From Elusimicrobiota bacterium (GTDB lineage: Bacteria; Elusimicrobiota; Elusimicrobia; UBA1565): a DNA stretch of 64,000 nucleotides. A program made the position numbers and the translations under genes. Each line of letters opens with the position of its first letter. Position 1 is the stretch's first letter. The stretch spans positions 1,171 to 65,170 of the forward strand of contig JACRDU010000155.1 of NCBI GenBank assembly GCA_016218495.1. Reading direction: 5' to 3'. Under the pieces are notes generated by a model, which was not told the DNA's origin, did not search any database, and saw only the letters and a list, made by a program, of their open reading frames with translations. This document shows positions 1 to 9,708 of the stretch, piece by piece.

Positions 1-712
1 TAGCGTCGTTGTCGACGATGCCGTCCATCTCCACGAGCAGCTGGTTCAGGGTGGAGTTGCCCTCCGAGGACCCGCCGAACGCGTCGTAGAAGACGCGCTT
101 CTTGCCCAGCACCTCGAGCTCGTCGATGAAGATGATGCAGCCGCCGTAGGCCTGGGCGTATTGCCGCGCCTGCTTGAAGAGCTTGCGCACGCGCGCCGCG
201 CCCACGCCGACGAAGATCTCCACGAACTCCGAGCCGGCCACGGACAGGAACGGGATGCCGGCCTCCGTCGCGATGGCCTTCGCCAGCAGGGTCTTCCCGC
301 AGCCGGGGGGGCCCATCAGCATCAGGCCCCGGATGATGCGCCCGCCGACCTGGGAGAGCCTCTGGCGGTCCTTGATGAGCTGCACGACCTCCCAGGCCTC
401 CTTCTTGGCCTCGGTCTGGCCGATGACGTCGGAGAAGTGGACGTTGACGGCGGTGGCGTCGGTGCGCGCCTTCTTGAAGGTGGCGAAGCCTCCGCCGTAC
501 TGCAGCAGGTAGAGGAAGGCCACGAAGACCAGGGTCTGCAGGATGCCCCAGGGCAGCGAGGCCACGTTGATGCCGACGATATAGCGCCGGACGCTCTCCT
601 CCATCCCCGACAGGTACCAGATGGGGAGCAGGATGCAGACGGCCAGCCCCACGATGATGGCGACGGGCAGCCAGAAGCGCTGCATGAAGAGTTTCAGTCT
701 AGCCCAGAGCAT
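1..712 (-). CDS. FtsH-like membrane-anchored AAA+ ATPase (5' part; runs off the window)
   Basis: Manual translation from ATG at 712 (not in the ORF track): MLWARLKLFMQRFW..., two hydrophobic segments, VHFSDVIGQTEAK, Walker A GPPGCGKT, GSEFVEIFVGVGAARVR, Walker B IIFIDE, TLNQLLVEMDG. The protease domain is not visible in the window. Confidence 0.85.
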   Translation of the reverse strand, partial: MLWARLKLFMQRFWLPVAIIVGLAVCILLPIWYLSGMEESVRRYIVGINVASLPWGILQTLVFVAFLYLLQYGGGFATFKKARTDATAVNVHFSDVIGQTEAKKEAWEVVQLIKDRQRLSQVGGRIIRGLMLMGPPGCGKTLLAKAIATEAGIPFLSVAGSEFVEIFVGVGAARVRKLFKQARQYAQAYGGCIIFIDELEVLGKKRVFYDAFGGSSEGNSTLNQLLVEMDGIVDNDA

Positions 713-783
713 GTTTTTCTCTCACCATTCCCGAATGACACCGAAGGATAGCTGTTTGTTCCCCGCTCCGCTAGGCCGGGCAT

Positions 784-1278
784 CTAGGGCTGCAGGCCGG
801 GCAGCACGAAGGCGATGGGGCGGTCGCGGTTCGGGACGTACTTCACCACCTCGAACTTGTAGCCCGGGATGTTGAGCTGGGGCAGGCCCTTGATGCCCAT
901 CGGGTTCGTCTGCACGGTCAGCGTCACCACGTTCCAGACTTGGGTGCGGGTGACGGGGCAGATGCGGGCGCTCGAGAGCCCCAGGAAGCCGCGCGTCTTC
1001 TCGTCCTTGAAGCCCAGGTACTCCTTCACCCTGTCCTCGATGTCGGGGCAGAGCGTCGTATTGTCGAAGCTCTCGTACTGCACGTTGCGGTGGGATTCCA
1101 GCTGCCATCGGCGCGCGGCGTAGAAGGACGCCACCTCCATCTTCTGCACCAGGATGAGCAGGGCGAACACCTTGGAAAATGCGAACAGGAAGAACATGAA
1201 GAGCGGCAGCAGGAGCACGACCTCGGTCGTGGCCTGGCCCCCTTCGCGCAGGCGGCGCGGGACGCACAGTCGTATCAT
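784..1278 (-). CDS. TadE-like pseudopilin / pilus assembly protein
   Basis: N-terminus RRLREGGQATTEVVLLLPLFMFFLFAF is a class III signal (GQ-x3-E plus hydrophobic helix). ATG 1278 overlaps the upstream stop (ATGA). Confidence 0.75.
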   Translation of the reverse strand: MIRLCVPRRLREGGQATTEVVLLLPLFMFFLFAFSKVFALLILVQKMEVASFYAARRWQLESHRNVQYESFDNTTLCPDIEDRVKEYLGFKDEKTRGFLGLSSARICPVTRTQVWNVVTLTVQTNPMGIKGLPQLNIPGYKFEVVKYVPNRDRPIAFVLPGLQP

Positions 1279-2408
1279 GGGTAGAGCCTCGTCTGGAACT
1301 TCGGCGTCGGATTGGGCCACAGGTGGCCGCCGGAAAGCGAGATGGTCGCATGCACGCAGGGGCCGGTCCCTCCGGTGGCCCCGGGGCAGTCGACTGTGTT
1401 CATGAAATTAACATTGAAGTAGTTCTTGTCGATGATGCCGCGCCCCCAATTCTGGAACACCGGCAGCCCGGGCAGGACCAGACCGAACCGTGAGCCGGGA
1501 GCGTGGGGGGTGGCCAGGTTGCTGAGCTGGGTCTGCGGGATGGCCTCCGCCTGGAAGAGGCCCGAGGTCGGCTGGCAGCCCGCTATGCTCGAGTCCATTG
1601 GGACCGGGTGCGACGGGCCCCATTGGACGTAGGGCTGGAAGGGGTTGTTCGTCGGCTTGTTGCCGACGATCATGATCTCCTGGATGCAGTAGGGCTTGGG
1701 CTCGAATTGATAGGAGGACGGCGGGAAATAGGACGCCCCCTGCTCGCCCGCGTCGATGGCGTCGTTGGTGTTCAGCCAGTACGACTTGCGGAAGAAGTTG
1801 TGGTCCGAAGTCAGACGCTTGAAGACGGAGAACTGCGCGTCCTCGACCGAGCCCAGCAGCAGGTAGATCTGCACATAGAGCTTGTAGATGTCCTCGGCGT
1901 CGTCCCAGGAGAGCCAGTAGTCGAGCGCATCCTGCATCGTGATCAGGTCCAAGCGCCCGCTGCCCACGTCGGGCGGGTTGTTGTTCTTGCCGGAGCCGGC
2001 TCCGCCGAACTGGAGGAACCAATGGGGCTGCTCGTCGAGCGACTGGTCGGGCGCGGCCTGGTCGGTCCGCGGGAAGGCCCCGTTCTTGTAGAGGATGTTG
2101 TAGAGGCGGTCGCCCTGCGTGCCGCAGTCGCCCTGGGTGTTGTTCTTCTTCTCGATGCAGGTGTTGTAGAAGCCCTCGTAGAAGATGCGCTGCGGAAAGG
2201 CCCCGTTGACGTAAGCCGAACGGTTCAGGAAGTCGGAATAGTTCGTCATCTCGATGAAGGTCGCGGAGTCCACCGCGAACTGGTGGCGGATCTTCTCGCG
2301 GGAGAGCTTGGCCGTCTCGAAGATGAGGTAGACGAACAAGAAGAGCGAAGGGAGGACGAAGAGGGCCGGAATGGCGATCTGGCCGCGGCGTCCTCGCAGG
2401 AAGCGCAT
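1275..2408 (-). CDS. TadG/Tad-domain pseudopilin-like protein
   Basis: MRFLRGRRGQIAIPALFVLPSLFLFVYLIFE...KIRHQFAVDSA matches the pattern of a Tad N-terminal domain. Cys-containing extracellular region; coupled to the TadE-like gene. Confidence 0.7.
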   Translation of the reverse strand: MRFLRGRRGQIAIPALFVLPSLFLFVYLIFETAKLSREKIRHQFAVDSATFIEMTNYSDFLNRSAYVNGAFPQRIFYEGFYNTCIEKKNNTQGDCGTQGDRLYNILYKNGAFPRTDQAAPDQSLDEQPHWFLQFGGAGSGKNNNPPDVGSGRLDLITMQDALDYWLSWDDAEDIYKLYVQIYLLLGSVEDAQFSVFKRLTSDHNFFRKSYWLNTNDAIDAGEQGASYFPPSSYQFEPKPYCIQEIMIVGNKPTNNPFQPYVQWGPSHPVPMDSSIAGCQPTSGLFQAEAIPQTQLSNLATPHAPGSRFGLVLPGLPVFQNWGRGIIDKNYFNVNFMNTVDCPGATGGTGPCVHATISLSGGHLWPNPTPKFQTRLYP

Positions 2409-2482
2409 ACCCCTTTATAGCCGGACCGTGTTACGAATTCAAGGGACCTTATTAAGGGAAAGTTAAGCGCCCGGAACGGGGG

Positions 2483-3223
2483 CTACTGCCCGTAGGAGAG
2501 GCGCAGCGCGAGGAATTCCGGCAGGCCGGCGGCGATGATCTTCTTCTGCACCGCCTCGATGTCGTATTTCACGCGGTGCAGCGTGAAGGTGCGTTTCTCG
2601 TCGTCGAGCAAGCCGCAGGAGGCCCGCGGCTCATGGTCCCGGGGCTGGCCGACCGACCCCGGGTTGATGACGATCTTGGTGTGGTGCGGGAGGTTGAGGA
2701 CCTGCCCCGGCGCCATGGGCCCGTGGTCCACATAGCTGACCGGCTCGGTCATCAGGAACGCCAGCGGCATATGGCTGTGGCCCACGAAGCACGGCGAGGC
2801 CTTGAAGTAGGTGCAGTTGTCGTGGAACTGCTGGACGGTGACCAGATACTCCTCGGCCGGGTTGCGCGGCGACCCGTGGACCACGGAGAAGGTGTCGGCG
2901 TCGACGCGGGGCGGCAGGTCCTTGAGCCAGGCCATGTTCTCCGGCGTGATGGTGCTCTGCGTGTACTCGACGGCGGCCCGGGCGGCCTCGTTGAACCAGG
3001 CGATGTCCATGCGGCCCAGCACGGCCAGGTCGTGGTTGCCGCGCACCGCGCGCAGGCCCTTCAGGCCGCGCAGGGTCTCGATGACCGGGTTCGGGTCGGC
3101 GCCGTAGCCGACGATGTCGCCGCAGCAGATCCAGCCCTCGGCCCCCTGGCCCCTGAGGCGCTCGACGGAGGCCTCCAAGGCTTCGCGGTTGGAGTGGATG
3201 TCGCTGAGGACGCCCCAGAGCAT
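2483..3223 (-). CDS. Metallophosphoesterase (calcineurin-like)
   Basis: Motifs SDIHSN, GDIVGYG, GNHD, VHGSP, GHSH, NPGSVGQPRD. Confidence 0.92.
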   Translation of the reverse strand: MLWGVLSDIHSNREALEASVERLRGQGAEGWICCGDIVGYGADPNPVIETLRGLKGLRAVRGNHDLAVLGRMDIAWFNEAARAAVEYTQSTITPENMAWLKDLPPRVDADTFSVVHGSPRNPAEEYLVTVQQFHDNCTYFKASPCFVGHSHMPLAFLMTEPVSYVDHGPMAPGQVLNLPHHTKIVINPGSVGQPRDHEPRASCGLLDDEKRTFTLHRVKYDIEAVQKKIIAAGLPEFLALRLSYGQ

Positions 3224-3226
3224 GGC

Positions 3227-6200
3227 TTAGCCCGCCGCCGCCTCGGGAGCCTTCTCGAAGGGCCCGTCGGTGGCCGGCGCCGCCCCGAAGGCCGGCGCCT
3301 CGGCCCGGGCGCCCGCGTCGGGCGCGGACCCGGAAGCCTTGCGGAACTCGACCGACATCATCTGGGTGACGCCGGACTCCTCCATCGTCACGCCGTAGAT
3401 GGCGTCGCAGGCCTCCATCGTCTTCTTGTTGTGGCTGACGAGCAGGAACTGGGTGCGCCCCCCGAACTCCCGCAGCATCGAGACGAAGCGGTCCACGTTC
3501 GCGTCGTCGAGGGCCGCGTCGGCCTCGTCGAGCATGCAGATCGGGGAGGGCTTCACCATGAAGAACGCGAAGAGCAGCGCGATGGCGGTGAGGGTCTTCT
3601 CGCCGCCCGAGAGCTGCGAGAGGTTCTGCAGCTTCTTGCCCGGCGGCTGTGCGACGATGTCGACGCCGGACTCGAGCAGGTTCTCCTGGTCGGTCAGTAT
3701 GAGGTCGGCCTCGCCGCCCTCGAAGAGGACCGCGTAGAGCTTGCGGAAGTGCTCGCGCACCTCGGAGAAGGTCTGCCGGAAGTTCTCGCGGGTGGTGGCG
3801 TTGATCTTCGCGATGACGTTGTGCAGGTCCTGCTTGGCCTGCCCGAGGTCGTCGACCTGCCCCTGCATGTGGTCGCGGCGCTTGGTCAGCTCCTCGTACT
3901 CCTCGGGGGCGGCCATATTGATGTTGCCCAGCGACGCGATGCGCCGACGCAGGAACTCGAGGCGTTCGGCGTCGACCTCGGCCTCGGCGAACTTCGCCTT
4001 CGCGTCCTCATAGCTGAGCTGCCACTCGTCCGTCAGCCGCTGGGTCAGGAAGCCCCGGCGGGACTCCGCCTGCGAGAGCGCCATCTCGCCCTGATGGATG
4101 TCGTTCTGCAGGGCGTCCGCCTCGTTCTTGCGGGCATGGACGGACTGGCCGAGCTCCTCGGCCTCGAGGCCGGTCTTCTGGCTCTTCTCGTGCAGCGCGC
4201 TCGCCTCGTTCTCCATGACGGCGAGCTCCGAGCGGAGCTCGTCGACGCGCGCCAGCGATTCCTGGCGCTGCCGGGCCAGCTCGTCGAGCCGCGCCTCCCA
4301 GCCGTCGTGGCGTTCCTTCCGCTCGGCGCTCTGGCCCTCGAGGGCCGTGCGGGAGCTTACGAGCTCGGAGAGCTGCCGCTCGGCGAAGCCGGCCTGCCCC
4401 TTGAGCCCTTCCACCGAGCTCTCGAGGTGCTCCTTCTCGGCCCGCCGCGCGGCCAGGCGCTCGCCGGCGGCCTGCATCACGGCCACGGCCTCGGCCTCCG
4501 CCCCGCGCCGGGAGGACTCCTCGGCCTGCGCGGCCTCATGGGCCGCCGCCGCCGCTGTGCGCTCGTCGGAGAGGGTCTGGAGGTCGCCGCGCAGGCGCTC
4601 TTCCTGGGCGGCCAGCGCGGAGAGCTCGTCCTGATAGGTCTGCGCCGTGCTGCGGGCATGGCGCAGCAGCTCCTCGAGCCGGTGCACCGAGTTGTCCGCG
4701 GCGCGCATCGAGGCCTGGGCGTCGCGCGTCGCCTGCTCGCGCCCCTTGCGTTCGCCCTCGAGCGAATTCCGGCGCTCGGTCACGGCGTCGAGGTCGGCCG
4801 CCAGCGACGCGGCCTTGGCCCGCAGGCCTCCGACGTCGGCCAGGCCGGCGGCCGGGGCCTCGGCCCCGGCGGCCCCGCCGAACAGCCACGCCCCGTCGCG
4901 CAGGCCCCCGTCCTCCAGGCTGGCGCCGCCGAGGAGGTGGCGGACCACGGCCTCATGGGCGGGATCGAAGCGCACGGAGGCCGCCAGCCCGCCGCCGTCC
5001 CCGTTCGGGGCCAGCGCGGAGGCGATCAGGAAGCGGGCGCGCCCGCGGCCGAGGCCCTTGAGGAGCTCGAGCCCGGTCCGGGCCGCGGCGCGGTCCGCGC
5101 AGACGACGGCGAAGAGCCGCTCGCCGAGGGCGTCCTCGACGGCCCGCCGCGCGGCCTCGTCGTATTCGATCATGGAGCGCACGGTCCCCAGCACGCCGGG
5201 GATGCCGGCGGCGGTGACCGCCTGCGCGCCGACCCAATAGGGGTCCCGCTCGCCCTGGGCCTCGAGGGCCTCCAGACGGGCCGTGACGCCGGCATTCTCC
5301 GAGTGGAGCTCCATCGCGCGCTGGTGCAGCGCCTCGATCTCGGCCCGGGCCGCCGCCGCCGAGGCCTCGGCCTCTTCCACGGCCGTCTTGGCCTTGGCCA
5401 GCTCGGCCTGGGCGGTCTCGAGCGCGCCCTGCGCCTGCCCGGCCTGGGCGAGGGCCGCCTGGTGGCGCCCGCCGAACTTCTCCGATTCCCGGCGCGTGCT
5501 CTCGAGGTCGTACTGACGCTTGCCGATGCGGCTGTCGGCGTCGGAGACCCGGCGCACGGCGGCGACCGACGCCTCCGCGGCCTCGGTCACGGCGCGGCGG
5601 GCGTCCTCGAGGGCGCGGACGGCGGCCTCGCGCTCGGCGTTCAAGGTCTCGAACTCCCGCGAGAAGCGCTCCAGGTCCTCCACGGCGCGCGCGGCGCGGG
5701 CCGCGGCCTCGTCGTAGGAGCTCCGGGCCTCGGCGATGACGGGCTCCATCTCCCCGAGGCGCCTGAGCTCCGCCGAGAGGTGTTCCGCGCCGTCCTTGAG
5801 CTGGGCGCGCAGCTCTTCGGTCAGGGCCTGCGCGTTCTGGGCGTGCCCGTCCTGCGTCGCAGCCTCGACCTTCGCGTCCGAGATGCGCTGGTTGACGGCG
5901 AGGATCTCGCCCTGCTGGGACGCCCGCTCGAGGTTGAGCGCGGCGAGGCGGGCCTCGTCGCCGCCCATCCTCGTGCGCAGGTCGGCGAGCTTCTCGGCCA
6001 TCGGGGTGAGCCGGGCCCGCTCCTCGGCCAGGCGCCCGTCGAGGCCGCCGAGCTCCTTGAGGATGGAGCCCGCCTCCAAGGCCGCCAGCTCCTCCTTGTA
6101 CTTCTTGTAGAGCTGGGCCTTGCGCGCGTCGGCGTCGAGCTTCTTGATCTGCTCGTTGATGAGGGAGACGGAGTCCTGCAGGCGCCCCAGGTCGATCTCG

Positions 6201-6751
6201 ACCCGGTCGAGCTTGCGCAGGGCCTCGGTCCGCTTGGCCTTGTACTTGGCGACGCCGGCGGCCTCTTCGAACAGGCTGCGGCGCTCCTCGGGCTTGGACT
6301 TCACCATGAAGTCGACCTGGCCCTGGTCGATGATGGCGTAGCCGTCGTTGCCGATGCCGGTGTCGAGGAAGAGCTCTCGGATGTCCTTGAGGCGGCACTG
6401 GGTCTTGTTGAGCCAGTACTCGGACTCGCCGGACCGGAACAGGCGGCGGGCGACCTGGACCTCGGAGTACTGGACGGGCAGGAGGCTCTGCGCGTTGTCG
6501 AAGGTGAGCGTGACCTCGCAGAGGTTCATCGGGTTGCGCCGCGCCGTGCCCGCGAAGATGACGCTGACCATGGACTCCGAGCGCAGGGACTTCCAGCTCA
6601 TCTCGCCGATGCACCAGCGGATGGACTCCATGATGTTGGACTTGCCGCAGCCGTTGGGGCCGATGACGCCGGTGATGCCCGGCTTGAGCTCGATGCGGGT
6701 TCGGTCCGCGAAGGACTTGAAGCCGACGATCTCGATGCTCTTAAGGTACAT
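3227..6751 (-). CDS. smc: Chromosome segregation protein SMC
   Basis: GFKSF, Walker A GPNGCGKSN, long coiled coils with a central hinge, signature LSGGE, Walker B/D-loop LDEADAALDDAN. Confidence 0.97.
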   Translation of the reverse strand: MYLKSIEIVGFKSFADRTRIELKPGITGVIGPNGCGKSNIMESIRWCIGEMSWKSLRSESMVSVIFAGTARRNPMNLCEVTLTFDNAQSLLPVQYSEVQVARRLFRSGESEYWLNKTQCRLKDIRELFLDTGIGNDGYAIIDQGQVDFMVKSKPEERRSLFEEAAGVAKYKAKRTEALRKLDRVEIDLGRLQDSVSLINEQIKKLDADARKAQLYKKYKEELAALEAGSILKELGGLDGRLAEERARLTPMAEKLADLRTRMGGDEARLAALNLERASQQGEILAVNQRISDAKVEAATQDGHAQNAQALTEELRAQLKDGAEHLSAELRRLGEMEPVIAEARSSYDEAAARAARAVEDLERFSREFETLNAEREAAVRALEDARRAVTEAAEASVAAVRRVSDADSRIGKRQYDLESTRRESEKFGGRHQAALAQAGQAQGALETAQAELAKAKTAVEEAEASAAAARAEIEALHQRAMELHSENAGVTARLEALEAQGERDPYWVGAQAVTAAGIPGVLGTVRSMIEYDEAARRAVEDALGERLFAVVCADRAAARTGLELLKGLGRGRARFLIASALAPNGDGGGLAASVRFDPAHEAVVRHLLGGASLEDGGLRDGAWLFGGAAGAEAPAAGLADVGGLRAKAASLAADLDAVTERRNSLEGERKGREQATRDAQASMRAADNSVHRLEELLRHARSTAQTYQDELSALAAQEERLRGDLQTLSDERTAAAAAHEAAQAEESSRRGAEAEAVAVMQAAGERLAARRAEKEHLESSVEGLKGQAGFAERQLSELVSSRTALEGQSAERKERHDGWEARLDELARQRQESLARVDELRSELAVMENEASALHEKSQKTGLEAEELGQSVHARKNEADALQNDIHQGEMALSQAESRRGFLTQRLTDEWQLSYEDAKAKFAEAEVDAERLEFLRRRIASLGNINMAAPEEYEELTKRRDHMQGQVDDLGQAKQDLHNVIAKINATTRENFRQTFSEVREHFRKLYAVLFEGGEADLILTDQENLLESGVDIVAQPPGKKLQNLSQLSGGEKTLTAIALLFAFFMVKPSPICMLDEADAALDDANVDRFVSMLREFGGRTQFLLVSHNKKTMEACDAIYGVTMEESGVTQMMSVEFRKASGSAPDAGARAEAPAFGAAPATDGPFEKAPEAAAG

Positions 6752-6846
6752 GCAACCTGCCTAAGATGGCTGTGTCCATCTTTTGCTATCTTTTATATAT
6801 TCCGCGGCGTTCAACGGCCTTATTTTAGCAGGTCACGACGAGAAAA

Positions 6847-8436
6847 TCAAGGTTCTGCCGCGCTGACGGGGAGTTTACCGACGGGAGACAGCCCGCCCGC
6901 CAGAGCGTCGGCGGCGGCTTCCAGCATGGCCGCCGTGGGGCCGTAGACGGCCAGGACGACCTTGGCCCGCGGGAAGCCCGCGGCATCGTAGGGGTTCATC
7001 AGGCTGACCTGGGCCGTGGGCTTGTCGGCTTTCAGCAGCTCGGCGGCCAGCTCGACCTGCTCCCGGGGCGCCGCGCCTCCCCAGAGGTAGGTCCCCACCA
7101 CCAGCGCTCCCGCCCCGGCCGCGGCCTCCCGGGCCTGCGCGGCCGCCTCCGGGGACGGTTTGGGGTCGAGGAATACGGTCCGGACGCCCGGCCAATGCCG
7201 GTCCAGGGCCTGGGCGAAGCCCTCGACTTCCTTTGATAGTGACCTGGAGCGGAAAGCGACCAGCACCACCGGCCCCTTGCCCGCCCTCAGCGGCAGTTCT
7301 CCGCGCACCAGGGTCAGCGCGGCCCGGGCGACGGCGCGGGCGACGGCCGGCCCGCCGCTGGACGGGGGAAGCGGCGCCTTGGGGAGCCGGGACTTGAGCT
7401 CTCGGATGCGCGCGACGGACGCCTCGAGCCTTTCCATCGGCACCCGGCCGGAGCGGACCGCTTCCAGGAAATACGCGAAGGTCTTCCGGTAGTCGGTCTT
7501 CCCCGTCAACAGCAGGTCGCAGCCGGCCAGGAAGGCCAGCACCGAGCCCTCGGCCACGTCGGTGGACTTCGCCACCGCGCCCATGTCGAGGCTGTCGGAG
7601 ACTATGACGCCCTTGAATCCGAGCTCCCCGCGCAGCACGCCTTCCAGCGCGGCGCGCGAAAAGGTCACCGGGACGCCGTCGGCCCCCAGGGCCGGCGCCA
7701 GCACGTGGGCCGGCATCACCATCGGCGTTCCGGCCGCGACGGCGGCCTTGAACGGAGGCAGTTCCACGGCGTCGAAGGCGGCGCGCCCGCGCTCGACGGA
7801 CGGCAGGCCGACGTGGGAATCCACCTCCGTGTCGCCATGTCCGGGGAAATGCTTGACCACCGGCAGCAGGCCTCCGGCCAGGTAGCCGCGGACCTGGGCC
7901 GCGCCCAGGCGCGAGACCAGCCCAGGGTCCTCGCCGTAGGAGCGCACTCCGATGATGGGGTTGCGCGGGTTGCTGTTCACGTCGACGGCCGGGGCGAAGT
8001 CCGAGTGCACTCCGAGCGCGGCCAGCTCGGCCGCCGAGGCTTTCGCGGCCGACTCGGCCAGTTCCTCGGAACCGGCGGCGCCCAACGCCATGTTCCCGGG
8101 CATGATGGTGGCGCCGAAGGACTTCTGGGTGAACAGCGGCCCGCCCTCGTGGTCGGCGAACACCAGGAAGGGGAGTCCCTCGGGCGAACGCGCGCGCAGC
8201 CAGGCCGTGAAGGACGAGAGCTCCTCCGCCGTGAAGCGGTCCCAGCGCAGCAGGCCGCCCGAGACCAGCCCGCCCCGGACAAGGTCTTCGTCCCGCCTCG
8301 CCTGCTCGGTGTCCGTCACGACGACGAAGAGCTGTCCGACCTTCTGCTCCAGGCTCAAGGATGGCACCGGTTCCCTCCCAAAGGCCGTTGAAACGAGGAG
8401 AAACGACGCGAGGACGGCGGCTGACATGCGTCCCAT
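6847..8436 (-). CDS. nagZ: Beta-N-acetylhexosaminidase, GH3 (two-domain, signal peptide)
   Basis: NagZ motif KHFPGHGDTEVDSH, DHEGG, SDSLDMGA; N-terminal signal peptide. Start may be 8427. Confidence 0.9.
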   Translation of the reverse strand: MGRMSAAVLASFLLVSTAFGREPVPSLSLEQKVGQLFVVVTDTEQARRDEDLVRGGLVSGGLLRWDRFTAEELSSFTAWLRARSPEGLPFLVFADHEGGPLFTQKSFGATIMPGNMALGAAGSEELAESAAKASAAELAALGVHSDFAPAVDVNSNPRNPIIGVRSYGEDPGLVSRLGAAQVRGYLAGGLLPVVKHFPGHGDTEVDSHVGLPSVERGRAAFDAVELPPFKAAVAAGTPMVMPAHVLAPALGADGVPVTFSRAALEGVLRGELGFKGVIVSDSLDMGAVAKSTDVAEGSVLAFLAGCDLLLTGKTDYRKTFAYFLEAVRSGRVPMERLEASVARIRELKSRLPKAPLPPSSGGPAVARAVARAALTLVRGELPLRAGKGPVVLVAFRSRSLSKEVEGFAQALDRHWPGVRTVFLDPKPSPEAAAQAREAAAGAGALVVGTYLWGGAAPREQVELAAELLKADKPTAQVSLMNPYDAAGFPRAKVVLAVYGPTAAMLEAAADALAGGLSPVGKLPVSAAEP

Positions 8437-8469
8437 GATAGCACGGTCACAATTGTTATACTCGGTCCC

Positions 8470-9708
8470 ATGAAATCGGCGTTCCGTGCGGTGCCTTTGC
8501 TCGTCTTAGCCGGCTGCCTGCCCCCCTCCCACCCTGTTTCCCTGCCTCCGCCCCCCCCTCCCCCGCCGCCCGCGCTGGTCCCGTTCGAAGCGGTGGCGCC
8601 CGAGGACTGGCCCGAGCTCTCCGACGACCTCGACGCCGAGACCTTCGCCCGCGCGGCCGCGCGCAGCAAGGCTTATCTCGACGGCCAGGACGACAAGCTC
8701 TGGAGCATCGGGCCCGTGCAGGTCGGGACCCAGACCCTCATCGAGACCCTCGACGCCCTCGCGCAGGCGCGCAAGGACTCCGCCGGCCCGAAGGAATTCA
8801 CGGACCGCCTCAAGGCCGGCTTCGAGCTCTACCGCGTGCGCGGTTCGACGACGGGACCGGGCGCCCATTATTCCTCCTATTATCCGCCCACCCTGGCCGC
8901 CAGCCGTAAGCAGACCCCCGAGTTCAAATACCCGCTTTTCGGCCGTCCGAAGGACCTCGTCGAGGTGGACCTCGGGTCCTTTGACCCCAAGTGGAAGGGC
9001 GAGAAGCTCTTCGGCCGCATCGCCTCCTCGGGCAGCTTCGTGCCGTATTTCGACCGGCGCGACTTCGACGTGCGCGGACAGCTGGCGGGGCGCGGCCTCG
9101 AGGCGGCCTGGCTGAAGGACCCTTTCGACCGGCTCAACATCCACATCCAGGGCTCGGGGCTGCTCTCCTTCCAGGACGGGACGATGGCGATGGCCCGCTT
9201 CGCCGCCACCAACGGCCGCCCGTACCAGAGCGTCGGCCTGGCCGTGGTGGGAGCGGGGGCGATGACACGGGACCAGATCACCGCGGCGACCCTCAAGCAG
9301 TATCTGGCCGAGCACCCGGAAGGAGAGGCCTGGCTGCTGGCGCGCAACCCCCGCTACACCTTCTTCGAGCTCGTCGACCTGCCCGCCGACGGAGAGCCTC
9401 CGGGCACCATCGGACAGGCCCTGGTCGCGGGCCGCTCCATCGCCGTCGACCCGTCGGTCGTCCCCCTCGGGGCCGCCTGCTGGGTCTCGGTCCCGGTCCC
9501 CCAGGCCGATGCGCAGGGCCGGCTGCTGGCGCGGGAGCCGATGCGGCGGCTCATGCTCGCCCAGGATACCGGGGGGGCGATCAAGGGTCCCGGCCGGGTG
9601 GACCTCTATATGGGCCACGGGCCCGAAGCGGAGACGGTCGCCCACCGGGTCTGGGACGCGGGCGAGCTCTTCGTCCTCGTCTTGAAGCGTCCCGCGAGGT
9701 CGCGTTGA
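8470..9708 (+). CDS. mltA: Membrane-bound lytic murein transglycosylase A (lipoprotein)
   Basis: Lipobox VLAGC, IQGSG, NPRYTFF, RSIAVDP, 3D-domain motif AQDTGGAIKGPGRVDLYMG. Confidence 0.93.
   Translation: MKSAFRAVPLLVLAGCLPPSHPVSLPPPPPPPPPALVPFEAVAPEDWPELSDDLDAETFARAAARSKAYLDGQDDKLWSIGPVQVGTQTLIETLDALAQARKDSAGPKEFTDRLKAGFELYRVRGSTTGPGAHYSSYYPPTLAASRKQTPEFKYPLFGRPKDLVEVDLGSFDPKWKGEKLFGRIASSGSFVPYFDRRDFDVRGQLAGRGLEAAWLKDPFDRLNIHIQGSGLLSFQDGTMAMARFAATNGRPYQSVGLAVVGAGAMTRDQITAATLKQYLAEHPEGEAWLLARNPRYTFFELVDLPADGEPPGTIGQALVAGRSIAVDPSVVPLGAACWVSVPVPQADAQGRLLAREPMRRLMLAQDTGGAIKGPGRVDLYMGHGPEAETVAHRVWDAGELFVLVLKRPARSR

Noticed and set aside
1-712. Assigning the symbol ftsH
   Set aside because: The protease domain lies outside the window and the N-terminal region is atypical; only FtsH-like can be supported.
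2576-6946. 1456-aa plus-strand ORF, and similar long ORFs at 10975..13893, 11165..13867, 17395..19386, 35000..36937 and 57977..59410
   Set aside because: Antisense or off-frame shadows of well-supported genes, caused by high GC and stop-codon scarcity; the translations have no recognisable motifs.
8991-9704. N-terminal extensions given by the ORF track for namZ, 26078..28435, 44666..47344, 50655..52439, 53887..55701 and 62571..63875
   Set aside because: The extensions overlap real upstream genes in another frame; the true starts are at stop-start overlaps, so these are not fusions.
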